Shown here: piece by piece, positions 1 to 8,549 of the stretch
Numbering within the stretch: the stretch's first letter is position 1
How the letters are laid out: each line of letters begins with the position of its first letter
DNA from: a virus
Lineage: Duplodnaviria; Heunggongvirae; Uroviricota; Caudoviricetes
Virus record (IMG/VR): IMGVR_UViG_3300009709_000001
Location: 317,336 to 381,335 of that record
Strand: one strand, 5' to 3'
DNA length: 64,000 nt
Made by a program: the position numbers and the translations under genes
Notes under the pieces: generated by a model
Seen by the model: the letters and a program-made list of their open reading frames with translations, nothing else
Databases searched by the model: none
Told to the model about the DNA's origin: nothing

Positions 1-52
1 CAGTTCGTCGAGATGATCTTCGATACATGTGACAAGGCAATAATAGAAGACT

Positions 53-238
53 TTATCCTTCGTCATCATCGGGCATCCATTCGATCGTTACCTTGATGGT
101 TCCTTTGGAAATTCCCCATTCGTCTGCCGGTACCTTGCTCATAACCGGATTATAGGATTCGCTCAAAGCTTCGCTGACATCCTGTTCGATATCAATGATA
201 CCTTCGCCGCAATAGGAACGTTCAAAGATTTTGATCAT
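53..238 (-). CDS. hypothetical protein (61 aa)
   Basis: Minus-strand ORF at window edge in a same-strand gene array; no recognisable motif. Confidence 0.35.
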   Translation of the reverse strand: MIKIFERSYCGEGIIDIEQDVSEALSESYNPVMSKVPADEWGISKGTIKVTIEWMPDDDEG

Positions 239-410
239 ACTCTAACTCCAAGCAAGTTGTGATCTGCAAGGCGAGGTCTCGTGTTACCTGAATTGAAAAC
301 TCCTCTGGGGCCAAGGATAAATCCTGTCGGAGTTTTACAATAGGAACACACCACCGGTCCCGATCTGGGGAGTGTCAGAGGCGCACCGCAAGGTTTGCAT
401 TCTTTTTGCA

Positions 411-704
411 TCATGATAGCAGATACCGGTGGAACTGATCTTGGTCTACTTCGTAGTCGTAGAGCAGCAGGAAATGTAGTTGATCTTCGGCGCGATCGAA
501 CACGAGCACTTTGTGATTATCGATGAGACGAACATTGTATTTTTTCAACACAGCCTCAACATTATCCCATCCATTTAGCCAATGAACGGTCATGAAGGTT
601 CTCCACCACCGTGGACATTCCCCTAATGAGTTGTCGCCAAGATAGAGAGTGTACCCGGGTGTCTTGGTCATTCTTGTTCCTTGTAGGAGCCGTGCACCGG
701 ACAC
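411..704 (-). CDS. hypothetical protein (97 aa)
   Basis: Minus-strand ORF tiling with neighbours; no recognisable domain. Confidence 0.45.
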   Translation of the reverse strand: MSGARLLQGTRMTKTPGYTLYLGDNSLGECPRWWRTFMTVHWLNGWDNVEAVLKKYNVRLIDNHKVLVFDRAEDQLHFLLLYDYEVDQDQFHRYLLS

Positions 705-946
705 ACATCGCCAAAATCTTCAAGGGAAAAATCTTCCCAGAATTTCGGATAATACCGGTCCTCTTCTGCAAGATAATACGTTCCGTATTTCTTAATCAGA
801 TCAAGATCGGTAATTTCTTTGTTGTGGAGCTTTACACAATCGGCAAGGTACTCGTTGTGCTTGGCAATGATCGGTGCTTGGGCCTTGGCCGCGGCCGCGC
901 GGGTCGCATCATCATAGCGGCGAGTTTTACCAAATCGTTTGGGCAT
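668..946 (-). CDS. hypothetical protein (92 aa)
   Basis: Minus-strand ORF, short overlap with neighbours typical of phage operons; no domain recognised. Confidence 0.45.
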   Translation of the reverse strand: MPKRFGKTRRYDDATRAAAAKAQAPIIAKHNEYLADCVKLHNKEITDLDLIKKYGTYYLAEEDRYYPKFWEDFSLEDFGDVCPVHGSYKEQE

Positions 947-1637
947 GGTGTTCCCTTAAAACCGAGTTTGACCATTGATAATAGTAACCGACCGAACCTT
1001 TAAGTCCCATTTTCTTTAGTGCTAAATTCGAACTACCTGTTTCGATATACAAACCCAAGAACTCATCTTTTCTCTTATCTAATTCAGCAAATTTTTTGTT
1101 ATCCTTTTTTCTACACTCTTTGCCACAGGTAAATTTTTTTACAGAATGTAGGAATTCGCAACCACAAACCCGACAAGTTTGAAAAGAATTATCAAAATCG
1201 TTAACTCTACCCTTAAGCCATCTCTGATCTAAATAAATCTGAATTTCAGAAATCTTTATCTTTTTATTCTCTCTTAGATTTCTATTATAGATCCAACAAG
1301 TTCCAAATTGGGAATTATTTTCACCACTCGATGATTCTTTAATCGATGTCTTGGCCCACTGATAAATTCTTCCCGTAAATCTTACTTGCTCCGATGACGA
1401 ACATTTTGCCATCATAATAGCTGCCCAGGCCAGTTTAGCATTTAATGGGTTTGCCTTACTCAATAGAAGATGTGCAACATAGTGTTCTTTTGCGGTTAGT
1501 TCTACAAGATTATTTAGATTGTCGGTTCCGCCCATGCACCGCGGAATAATATGATGCCTTTCGCGATACACTTCGTCGGATAAAACTCTGTCTTTTGCTT
1601 TTTCTATGAGATTATTGTATACTTTTTGATAATCCAA
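927..1637 (-). CDS. HNH homing endonuclease
   Basis: Motif 'HHIIPRCMGGTDNLNNLVELTAKEHYVAHLLL' (HNH_3-type) near N-terminus; free-standing, like T4 mob/seg-type endonucleases; C-terminal Cys-rich segment. Confidence 0.85.
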   Translation of the reverse strand: MDYQKVYNNLIEKAKDRVLSDEVYRERHHIIPRCMGGTDNLNNLVELTAKEHYVAHLLLSKANPLNAKLAWAAIMMAKCSSSEQVRFTGRIYQWAKTSIKESSSGENNSQFGTCWIYNRNLRENKKIKISEIQIYLDQRWLKGRVNDFDNSFQTCRVCGCEFLHSVKKFTCGKECRKKDNKKFAELDKRKDEFLGLYIETGSSNLALKKMGLKGSVGYYYQWSNSVLREHHAQTIW

Positions 1638-1668
1638 AATACTTCTACTCCTATGATGGAAGTAGAAG

Positions 1669-1676
1669 TATTTATC
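1669..1676 (-). promoter_or_regulatory. T4-late-promoter-like GATAAATA box upstream of HNH gene
   Basis: Minus-strand GATAAATA (plus 'tatttatc') about 31 nt upstream of the ATG at 1637; the same motif recurs upstream of other endonuclease genes. Confidence 0.35.
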
Positions 1677-1681
1677 ATTTT

Positions 1682-1760
1682 TGGTACCCCGGACAGGATT
1701 CGAACCTGCATTGACTCCATTACACTTCTACGCTTTAGAAGAGCGCTGTGGTACCGAGGT
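1682..1760 (-). tRNA. tRNA-like gene with atypical D-arm region (possible tRNA-Arg UCU), CCA encoded
   Basis: On the minus strand there is a 7-bp acceptor stem ACCUCGG/CCGGGGU with one G-U pair, followed by U8-A9. The T-arm is GCAGG-UUCGAAU-CCUGU, with discriminator A and an encoded CCA. An internal 5-bp stem GCGCU/AGCGU carries a canonical 7-nt loop CUUCUAA (U33, anticodon UCU, A37). No canonical D-stem could be drawn, and the region between the anticodon arm and T-arm is 20 nt. It lies between two minus-strand genes. Confidence 0.5.
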
Positions 1761-1768
1761 CTGAATTA

Positions 1769-2179
1769 TTATCTAAAAGCGAGAATAACTTTCTGTTTGA
1801 TTTCCATGAGGCGCATCGGACTCATCTTTGCCCGATAACACACCTCCAGCATTTCGTATTCTCTATCGCGAATTGGGGCGATCTTATGTTCTTTCCCCGA
1901 AAGCTTCAGGAATGTTTCGTACTCGCCATCAAGGCGAATAAGCATTCCGGTTCCCTCGTATACATAGAACATCGCACCACCACGAATTAGGGTCGAATTC
2001 CCTTTTATATCATATTCGGTGATTTCGATGTCTACGTAATCCTTCAACAATTCGTAGCAACCTGCAGGAAGCTCCCGAACTGCCGAAGCACGAGCGAAGT
2101 AAATCATTGCATGAGCAGCGGGGCGACAGCCATGCACAACAGTTCGGTATTGGCACCGTAAGCAGTACGATACCACCAA
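1769..2179 (-). CDS. hypothetical protein (136 aa)
   Basis: Minus-strand ORF; no domain recognised. Confidence 0.5.
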   Translation of the reverse strand: MVVSYCLRCQYRTVVHGCRPAAHAMIYFARASAVRELPAGCYELLKDYVDIEITEYDIKGNSTLIRGGAMFYVYEGTGMLIRLDGEYETFLKLSGKEHKIAPIRDREYEMLEVCYRAKMSPMRLMEIKQKVILAFR

Positions 2180-2264
2180 ACGGCCATGTAGTTGAGTGCA
2201 TCCAGGATTGTGTCCATGATCTTGCTCCTTGTTGCCTACATTTTATTGTAGGTTTAGAAAGTTG

Positions 2265-2609
2265 TCAAATGAGCGCGGCGAGCACATCGGCATCGTCTAC
2301 GAAGTTGCCGTACGAGATATCCTTGATAGCACCGGGATTAGCACCGATGCTGGTAAACCATTCATGCCAGTCCGTCATCACTGCATGGATGTCACCCTGT
2401 TCAACTTCGTAGGTATCCATCTCGATACCCGAAGTGACATCGCTGGTTACCAGCGCACCGCCACCATATTTCGCTTCCATACGGCCGACCTGTTCGATCA
2501 TATCATCCACCACAATGGCAGAAGGATTGTCGAGCTTGAAGCCAAAGATGTACTCAGTGCCATCATCAAGATCGGCATCGTAGAAAGAGAAAGAGAAAGG
2601 AATTGTCAT
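2265..2609 (-). CDS. hypothetical protein (114 aa)
   Basis: Minus-strand ORF; acidic; no domain recognised. Confidence 0.5.
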   Translation of the reverse strand: MTIPFSFSFYDADLDDGTEYIFGFKLDNPSAIVVDDMIEQVGRMEAKYGGGALVTSDVTSGIEMDTYEVEQGDIHAVMTDWHEWFTSIGANPGAIKDISYGNFVDDADVLAALI

Positions 2610-2872
2610 TATTTTACTCCAAAAATTCGTTCAAAGATAGGGCGTACACGGCGATGATATTTTTCTTCGCGCTGCCGGAGATTCAACCATTTCCTATTGT
2701 CCCACACCGGATCGTCGCCGTGTTTCTCTTCTTGGCGCCTGAACCAGAAGTGTGCCTGATATTTTGACCACCACATGATGGCGCCGTCGCAGGAATTCAC
2801 CGTTTTACTGATCCCGCCGGGGCCGGAAAGTGTAACAGCAACCTTCGGTTTAACTTTGATTTTGTCGCGCAT
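2609..2872 (-). CDS. hypothetical protein (87 aa)
   Basis: Minus-strand ORF abutting neighbours (stop/start overlap). Confidence 0.45.
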   Translation of the reverse strand: MRDKIKVKPKVAVTLSGPGGISKTVNSCDGAIMWWSKYQAHFWFRRQEEKHGDDPVWDNRKWLNLRQREEKYHRRVRPIFERIFGVK

Positions 2873-3123
2873 TACAACACCATCAGGACGAAGGCGAGAA
2901 TGAGTTGAAGAAGTAGGATTACAATCTTCATAAATCCATAGCCAGCCGCGATGGAAATGATCTGCAATTTGGTGCTGAGTTGCGAAGCACCAGTTTCACT
3001 CATGATGTAACGGCCGGCATAGAAGCCGCCAACAACCATAAGTACCAGAGAAAAGAGGGCAAATGCAAGTTCCATATTAATCTTTCGGGATGATGTAAAC
3101 GGCATGGCCGCTATAGTTGCCAA
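2872..3123 (-). CDS. small membrane protein (83 aa, ~2 TM helices)
   Basis: Two long hydrophobic stretches (LAFALFSLVLMVVGGFYAG ... IVILLLQLILAFVLMVL); holin-like size but unverified. Confidence 0.45.
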   Translation of the reverse strand: MATIAAMPFTSSRKINMELAFALFSLVLMVVGGFYAGRYIMSETGASQLSTKLQIISIAAGYGFMKIVILLLQLILAFVLMVL

Positions 3124-3227
3124 TCATCCAATCCTCCATCACCTCATTGTGGGAGAACTGGTATGCTGTGGCACCAAAGGTAGCCACAACATTCAATTTC
3201 TCTTCAGTCTGAATATAGACTTTGATA

Positions 3228-3629
3228 TCATCTAAGCGCATTCGCATCAATCAACTCTTTCAGTTTCTTATGTTGTTGTTGATTCCAGCCCATCGTTGCT
3301 TCACTCTGCACAAATTTCTCTTCAATCCAGACGTTAGGAATTTCCCATAATGACCGATAATTACCGTCGGTAAATCCGTAACGGTAATCTTGTGGCATGC
3401 GACGAACATTCAACCAGCCACAGTGACCAGTGATTGAGGTATACCAGACATGAGCTTTGTCGTATCTCGGTACAGACATGACCACATGTCCACGTTGCCA
3501 ACCAGTAGTGGTTGTATCACATTGCACCTTAAGCATGCAATCAACAGAAGCAACAATCGGACTGGCCGGCAAGTACCATGCCCCGGGGACAATGTCCCAT
3601 AGCAGAAGAGACTTGTGTTTCTTGCTCAC
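3228..3629 (-). CDS. hypothetical protein (133 aa)
   Basis: Minus-strand ORF; Cys/His/Trp-rich; no confident family. Confidence 0.5.
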   Translation of the reverse strand: MSKKHKSLLLWDIVPGAWYLPASPIVASVDCMLKVQCDTTTTGWQRGHVVMSVPRYDKAHVWYTSITGHCGWLNVRRMPQDYRYGFTDGNYRSLWEIPNVWIEEKFVQSEATMGWNQQQHKKLKELIDANALR

Positions 3630-4294
3630 AGCTTCTCCAAAAGCCGGCCCAGCAATGCATCCATTTCTTCTTCGGTGTAGCGAAGGTATGCATTGGGCGT
3701 CGGAATTGTGTCGCCGAAATCCGTCTTAGTGAAGATGCGCGAACGTTCCTTCACTGTGGGAAACTCGAACACCATGAACGATGTGAGTTGCGTGGGATCG
3801 TTTTCCACGCTGTGAATTTCGGTGTGGCCCTGGAAGTGCATGTCACCGGGACCCAACACTTGCGTATCGTGTACGCGCAAGCCCCTCTTCGTAACCAGTT
3901 CCAGTTTGATCTTCTTTTCCTTGTTGTCCGGATGCAGTGCCGACGTGAGTGCGTAGATGTTGTAGTCATCCCGCTCGTTATCGAGCTTGTAGACAGTGTT
4001 CGTGATGGTGCCGTGGAGCACCAGAATCTGGCTGTCATACAGGTGGTTGTGGATGTTGACTGCGCGCGTCTGCAGTTCGTCTTGCGGCTCCACGATATAA
4101 AGCCGAATAGTGTGCTCCGGAGTGAACTCGAAGCACACGTAATTCAGACCGGGAAAATGGAAATTCTTGATGGACAGATCACAGATCCGTTTCAGATTGT
4201 GTTTGCGCTGGAGTGCAATCCATTGCTTCCAAAAAATCGTGGACTGGTTCATCACAAACTCCTGAACTAATAGGTTGCATGCATTGTAACGCAT
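3626..4294 (-). CDS. hypothetical protein (222 aa)
   Basis: Minus-strand ORF. His-rich segments (LHGTITN ... GDMHFQGHTEIH) might indicate a cupin/oxygenase-like fold but this is unverified. The antisense plus ORF 3578..4270 is treated as spurious. Confidence 0.55.
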   Translation of the reverse strand: MRYNACNLLVQEFVMNQSTIFWKQWIALQRKHNLKRICDLSIKNFHFPGLNYVCFEFTPEHTIRLYIVEPQDELQTRAVNIHNHLYDSQILVLHGTITNTVYKLDNERDDYNIYALTSALHPDNKEKKIKLELVTKRGLRVHDTQVLGPGDMHFQGHTEIHSVENDPTQLTSFMVFEFPTVKERSRIFTKTDFGDTIPTPNAYLRYTEEEMDALLGRLLEKL

Positions 4295-4311
4295 GCAAGA
4301 CGGTGTGTCAA

Positions 4312-4731
4312 TTAGTGCAAGATAGGCGGTTTGCCTAGCCGAGTGGATTCTGGAAAAAGGTTATCAACCGCGTCTTTCAAATCCAAATCATCAAGTGTAA
4401 TATCGCTCATTTCATCAAGAAAGTCTTTCTCGATATTCTCCAGCATTTCAGTCTGCTGGCGTTCTTGGCGAAGAATCATTCGAAGAATATTCTTGGCATG
4501 ATCTTCGGTTAAATCCTGAACGAAGTAAGGAACTGCATCCGCGGTGATCCAAATCTCATCTCTATATTCCTTGCCATCGCCATGGGCGATATAGGTCTTA
4601 TGTTCTTGCCATTCGACCGTATATTCTTCGGTTTTGAGATTCTTTCGAATATCGATGAACCATTTATCTTCGGCGATCAATGGAGCAACGAATGCCTTCA
4701 TTTCTTCATAGACAAGGAATGTCTTTTTCAT
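4312..4731 (-). CDS. hypothetical protein (139 aa)
   Basis: Minus-strand ORF; acidic. Confidence 0.5.
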   Translation of the reverse strand: MKKTFLVYEEMKAFVAPLIAEDKWFIDIRKNLKTEEYTVEWQEHKTYIAHGDGKEYRDEIWITADAVPYFVQDLTEDHAKNILRMILRQERQQTEMLENIEKDFLDEMSDITLDDLDLKDAVDNLFPESTRLGKPPILH

Positions 4732-5093
4732 TATAGTTCCTTATAATTCTTTTCAATCCAGTTTGCAATCTTCTTGAAGCTTACACCGCTATCATTTGCA
4801 TCGACAAGAGATTCATACACATTGCCGGAAATAGTAAGATCATCGGCGACTGAACCTTCACCGTTGTCCATCATAGCCCAGTCCCTAACTTCAAGCGGAA
4901 GAATTGCACTCTCTCCGAGATAAAAACGAGGTTGGGATTGTTCCCTGGCAATTTTCGGATGTGCCTGTGCATGTAGATTACACAGAACACCTAGACAACA
5001 GAACCCTTCGTCATTTCGAAGAGCACCTTCGGTCTTTTTGTATTCACCACTACGAAGTGCTTTCACCCACTTTTCTGCAATCTTCTTTTTCAT
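4731..5093 (-). CDS. hypothetical protein (120 aa)
   Basis: Minus-strand ORF, ATGA overlap with upstream gene. Confidence 0.5.
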   Translation of the reverse strand: MKKKIAEKWVKALRSGEYKKTEGALRNDEGFCCLGVLCNLHAQAHPKIAREQSQPRFYLGESAILPLEVRDWAMMDNGEGSVADDLTISGNVYESLVDANDSGVSFKKIANWIEKNYKEL

Positions 5094-5394
5094 TATTGTT
5101 TTCCTCTGTGTAACCTAGTGCTTTCAACATATTATCGCACCATTGTTTCGATTCTTCTAGTGTTTCGCCCTCTAGGCCATAGCACCAATCGAGCCATTCA
5201 TCCCATTTATATTCGACGTATTTTCCACCGTCTTCAAAGTATCCGACATCCTCACGATGATATGCAGCACGGATTCGAACTCGAGGTGTCTTCTCGATAA
5301 GAGCGACACGAGTTTCTACACGGTCAGGATCGGCACCAGAAATAGTCCGAACTACGAAACCATCACATTGAATCCATGGGCTGATTTTTTGCAT
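5050..5394 (-). CDS. hypothetical protein (114 aa)
   Basis: Minus-strand ORF. Confidence 0.45.
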   Translation of the reverse strand: MQKISPWIQCDGFVVRTISGADPDRVETRVALIEKTPRVRIRAAYHREDVGYFEDGGKYVEYKWDEWLDWCYGLEGETLEESKQWCDNMLKALGYTEENNNEKEDCRKVGESTS

Positions 5395-5600
5395 ACTTAA
5401 TTATATGTGAGTTCTCTGGAAAAGTCAACTTGATTAAGAATAGTGTTTCGTCAATCAAGTTGTTGCCTAAAGGCAACACTTCTTCGAAAATGAAGAATTG
5501 GACGGCGTTTGACTCAAAAGTGTTGGTTCTGAGCAACAAAACGCTCTAATGTTTCAATGATTTTCGTTGTGATCTGATCAGATTTCGAATGAGTTTCGTG

Positions 5601-6176
5601 TCATTCTTCGTCATCAAATTTCGGCTTTGTAGTTCGGAAGAGGACCTCATATTCCATGTCTGATATCTGGCGCATCCTCTCATGTTTTTCGCATAAGACC
5701 TTGGTGCCGGGCATGTTTACCATTTTTCCGGGTGAACCACAATCTTCACAGATTCTTTTCGACATACTCTGCGCCATAAGCAGATAATAACCATGTTCGT
5801 CGGTGCCGTTTAACATACCGATTCTTAATGTACCGAACTTTTGACGAACGCTAGTAATGGTCGGAAGTTCAGCGCGGAATTCCTCTAATCTCTTTTCTTG
5901 TCCGATAATTAACTCTCGAAGGTTACCTGAATCCTTCACATCAGTCTTTTCGCATTCTTCTCGGTAATATTCAAGTCGATTTTCGACCTGCTGTACCTTA
6001 TGATAAATTGTTTCGAAAAAGGTTTCTAGAATACCTGCCCATCCCGGGCCAACTGCAAAATGATCTATATCTGATTTCTCGAATAGATAGGGCCATTGAA
6101 AGACAAAGGGTTCTATTTCTAGATCTGGAATATTATCAGAGCTCATATTGGGTAGATTTGGTAGACGATTAGGCAC
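5601..6176 (-). CDS. hypothetical protein (191 aa)
   Basis: Minus-strand ORF; C-terminal Cys cluster (CEDCGSPG...CEKHERMR). Confidence 0.5.
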   Translation of the reverse strand: MPNRLPNLPNMSSDNIPDLEIEPFVFQWPYLFEKSDIDHFAVGPGWAGILETFFETIYHKVQQVENRLEYYREECEKTDVKDSGNLRELIIGQEKRLEEFRAELPTITSVRQKFGTLRIGMLNGTDEHGYYLLMAQSMSKRICEDCGSPGKMVNMPGTKVLCEKHERMRQISDMEYEVLFRTTKPKFDDEE

Positions 6177-6272
6177 ATAGGCACGTTTTCTGTGCGGGAT
6201 TTTCCCGCAGGATTCCTGTGCAAGATTCCAAATCCTGCGTCCAAATCTGATCTGGAAATCTAGGTCAGAAAG

Positions 6273-6734
6273 TTACGCTAGAACTGGACATAGGATACTA
6301 TAGACCGGTGTCTTCTTTCCGTAGTTATAGAAGTTGTCTTTTGTATTCCCGAATTCTTTTGAATGAATTGGTGCATCTTTATTACTCGGGAACTTCGGGC
6401 CATTGAAATACATCTCATAAACTGCAGACATGATGCCAGTCTTACAGTTCATTACAACACCCTTCATCATGCTCGTGACCATAATTGTCTTACCATCGAC
6501 GTTAATGGTTGTAGGCTTGTCGAGTGTGATTAAAAAGTCGCCGCCCGAAATGACTGTATGGTCAACATAGGTTGCGATTAGTGTTGAAGAATCGAAATAG
6601 AGATGTTCACCATTCTTAGAAACAAGACCGTAAACTTCTTTCCATTCCGGTTCAGGAAAAATGAGACCGGCTGTAGCATAAATGCCGACAACAGCGAGAC
6701 CAAGGCAACATAAGATCTTATTCAGTTTTGACAT
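6273..6734 (-). CDS. secreted/membrane-anchored protein (153 aa)
   Basis: N-terminal hydrophobic signal-like segment (ILCCLGLAVVGIYATAGLIF). Confidence 0.5.
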   Translation of the reverse strand: MSKLNKILCCLGLAVVGIYATAGLIFPEPEWKEVYGLVSKNGEHLYFDSSTLIATYVDHTVISGGDFLITLDKPTTINVDGKTIMVTSMMKGVVMNCKTGIMSAVYEMYFNGPKFPSNKDAPIHSKEFGNTKDNFYNYGKKTPVYSILCPVLA

Positions 6735-7059
6735 ACTTCTTTCTCACTCCATCGGCAATTTGAGCAACCGTTATATTTACATCGATACGCTCAATGACAA
6801 TACGATTGCAGGCCAACTTCATCAGCAATGCTTCACCCGGATCCATCTTGGCATGATAGATGGTAACCAAGCCTTCGTTGCTTCTATTTGCTATGTTTTC
6901 GATGCCGACCTTATATGCATCTTGCACCGTTTGTATGCGATATGGAATGTTTCTTTGTGTAAGGTAAACACCTACATCAAAGCCGTCTGTCCATGGCTCC
7001 AGAATTTTGTAATTCAGAAGGGCCACAGGCTCCGGAAAAAGTTCTTCACGTTCAGCCAT
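6718..7059 (-). CDS. hypothetical protein (113 aa)
   Basis: Minus-strand ORF in run of small overlapping genes. Confidence 0.45.
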   Translation of the reverse strand: MAEREELFPEPVALLNYKILEPWTDGFDVGVYLTQRNIPYRIQTVQDAYKVGIENIANRSNEGLVTIYHAKMDPGEALLMKLACNRIVIERIDVNITVAQIADGVRKKYVKTE

Positions 7060-7355
7060 GGTCTATTTTTTAGAATTGTTACGCCATTGAACAGCATCTT
7101 GAGTGCTGTCATATCTTCATCATCACCAAGAATGACGAAGGTGTAAACCACATATTCGTATGTCCAATTTTCGGGAACTGTGGATCCGTAGGTTACAAAC
7201 CCTACCGCACGCTCAACCTTCTTTGGAATATAATCGAATGGGATCAGCTCTTGCGAGTAATCCGCACTTACACTATAGGCAATACCTTTGCCCTTAAGGT
7301 AAGTGACCATTTCTGTATCATCGCCACTATCAAGTGCAAAGGTAATCCATTTCAT
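7014..7355 (-). CDS. hypothetical protein (113 aa)
   Basis: Minus-strand ORF; contains 'GDDEDMTALKMLF' which echoes the acidic 'EDA' C-terminal motif family. Confidence 0.45.
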   Translation of the reverse strand: MKWITFALDSGDDTEMVTYLKGKGIAYSVSADYSQELIPFDYIPKKVERAVGFVTYGSTVPENWTYEYVVYTFVILGDDEDMTALKMLFNGVTILKNRPWLNVKNFFRSLWPF

Positions 7356-7570
7356 AGTTCTCTAATCTTTCCGGCTGTACAAGCCAATCTTAAGAAAAGC
7401 AATTCGTATTTGGTTAGTTCAACTTCATACTCGATAAACATAGTGAGTATCAAATCTTTTACGGTGCCACGCGAATTGGGTTTTTCTCGTTTCACACCGA
7501 GAAGAGCCAAAGTGGACTTTAGTTCTTCGTGGTGTGTATCTTCAATAATGATGTGGTATCTTTTCTTCAT
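7352..7570 (-). CDS. hypothetical protein (72 aa)
   Basis: Minus-strand small ORF. Confidence 0.4.
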   Translation of the reverse strand: MKKRYHIIIEDTHHEELKSTLALLGVKREKPNSRGTVKDLILTMFIEYEVELTKYELLFLRLACTAGKIREL

Positions 7571-7890
7571 CAGGGTGTGGGTGGGAGGCCATCGACCTTA
7601 ACAGTGATCTTGACCTTGTGTCGTTCGTCTTGTGCTGCTTCTTCGGCAAGCTCTTCTTCTGTACGGGCACGGCGAATCTTCAGATGCTTCATGCCCAGAC
7701 GGAAAGTCAGTGCTGCCTCGGGGTCCATCTCGATAACAGATTCGAGATCGGAATAGCGAGGATCATCGGGATTAACAACCTTGTGCTTTTCGACAACGTT
7801 GTATTCTTCTTCGTTCAGGCGTTGGAGCACTTCATCGAATTTACGCTTATCGCCCTGTTCGTAAGTGAAGGTGTAGTTAGTCCAAGTCAT
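7570..7890 (-). CDS. hypothetical protein (106 aa)
   Basis: Minus-strand ORF; charged/helical. Confidence 0.45.
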   Translation of the reverse strand: MTWTNYTFTYEQGDKRKFDEVLQRLNEEEYNVVEKHKVVNPDDPRYSDLESVIEMDPEAALTFRLGMKHLKIRRARTEEELAEEAAQDERHKVKITVKVDGLPPTP

Positions 7891-8126
7891 TGTGTTTCCT
7901 TTAGGTTTCCGATAGTCCTAGTAAAATTCATGCAACCATTCAATGGGAAGATTATTTTCATTGCTATTGCATCTTCGCTATCCATTTGCACTGAATACAG
8001 ATAATTTCCTGCACTCATATCAACCGACAGTCGACTATATTCGAGATTGTGGCTTGTTAAAAACTGTTCAAATTCATCACCACGTGGAATTTGAATTTTA
8101 ATGAAGTACCTCGATTTCAAGCTCAT
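7887..8126 (-). CDS. hypothetical protein (79 aa)
   Basis: Minus-strand small ORF; 'DSEDAIAMKIIF' motif echo. Confidence 0.4.
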   Translation of the reverse strand: MSLKSRYFIKIQIPRGDEFEQFLTSHNLEYSRLSVDMSAGNYLYSVQMDSEDAIAMKIIFPLNGCMNFTRTIGNLKETQ

Positions 8127-8359
8127 TTGATAAATTTATTGAAATATTCGGTTAATGTAAATTTGGTGCTGTCAGCCTTATCATTGATTGAATCAATGAT
8201 CTTCTGCTTTCTCATTGCAGCCTGTTCTTCCTCTAATTCCTTCAACATGGTCTCCTTGAAGATAGGCATTTCGTAATCATAGAAATATTTTGATATCTCA
8301 ATCGACTTCTTAAGACGGATTGTCTCGGAATCAAATACTCGCGGTAATAAGATAATCAC
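8123..8359 (-). CDS. hypothetical protein (78 aa)
   Basis: Minus-strand small ORF. Confidence 0.4.
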   Translation of the reverse strand: MIILLPRVFDSETIRLKKSIEISKYFYDYEMPIFKETMLKELEEEQAAMRKQKIIDSINDKADSTKFTLTEYFNKFIK

Positions 8360-8549
8360 CGTACTTCAACTTTAACCAGACCGCAGCATCTTCCGGGCAG
8401 GTAAAAGTCAATAATGTAAATCCTGTCTTCGTCTTATGAAAAAATGTAGCACTGGTTACAATGCCATCCGAATACAGATCATAACAATCGGCAATGAACG
8501 ATCCATGTACCCTAGAGTTTGTTGGTAATCCGAAATCTTGTGTTATCAT
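8331..8549 (-). CDS. hypothetical protein (72 aa)
   Basis: Minus-strand small ORF; 'CPEDAAVWLKLKYG' motif echo. Confidence 0.4.
   Translation of the reverse strand: MITQDFGLPTNSRVHGSFIADCYDLYSDGIVTSATFFHKTKTGFTLLTFTCPEDAAVWLKLKYGDYLITASI

Noticed and set aside
1700-1730. D-arm-like 'GUGUAAUGGAG' sequence, first taken as evidence for a normal D-loop in the tRNA
   Set aside because: It lies between the anticodon arm and the T-arm, not at positions 10-25, and no flanking complementary stem exists. It is treated as part of an atypical variable region.
3578-4270. Plus-strand 230-aa ORF overlapping minus-strand 3626..4294
   Set aside because: It lies opposite the dominant coding strand, and the minus ORF tiles cleanly with its neighbours; it is likely spurious.
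6180-6260. Hairpins GCGGGA-TTT-TCCCGC and GCAGGATT...AATCCTGC considered as terminators
   Set aside because: No U-tract follows on either strand, so this is not a canonical intrinsic terminator. It may still be an RNA structure, but the evidence is weak.
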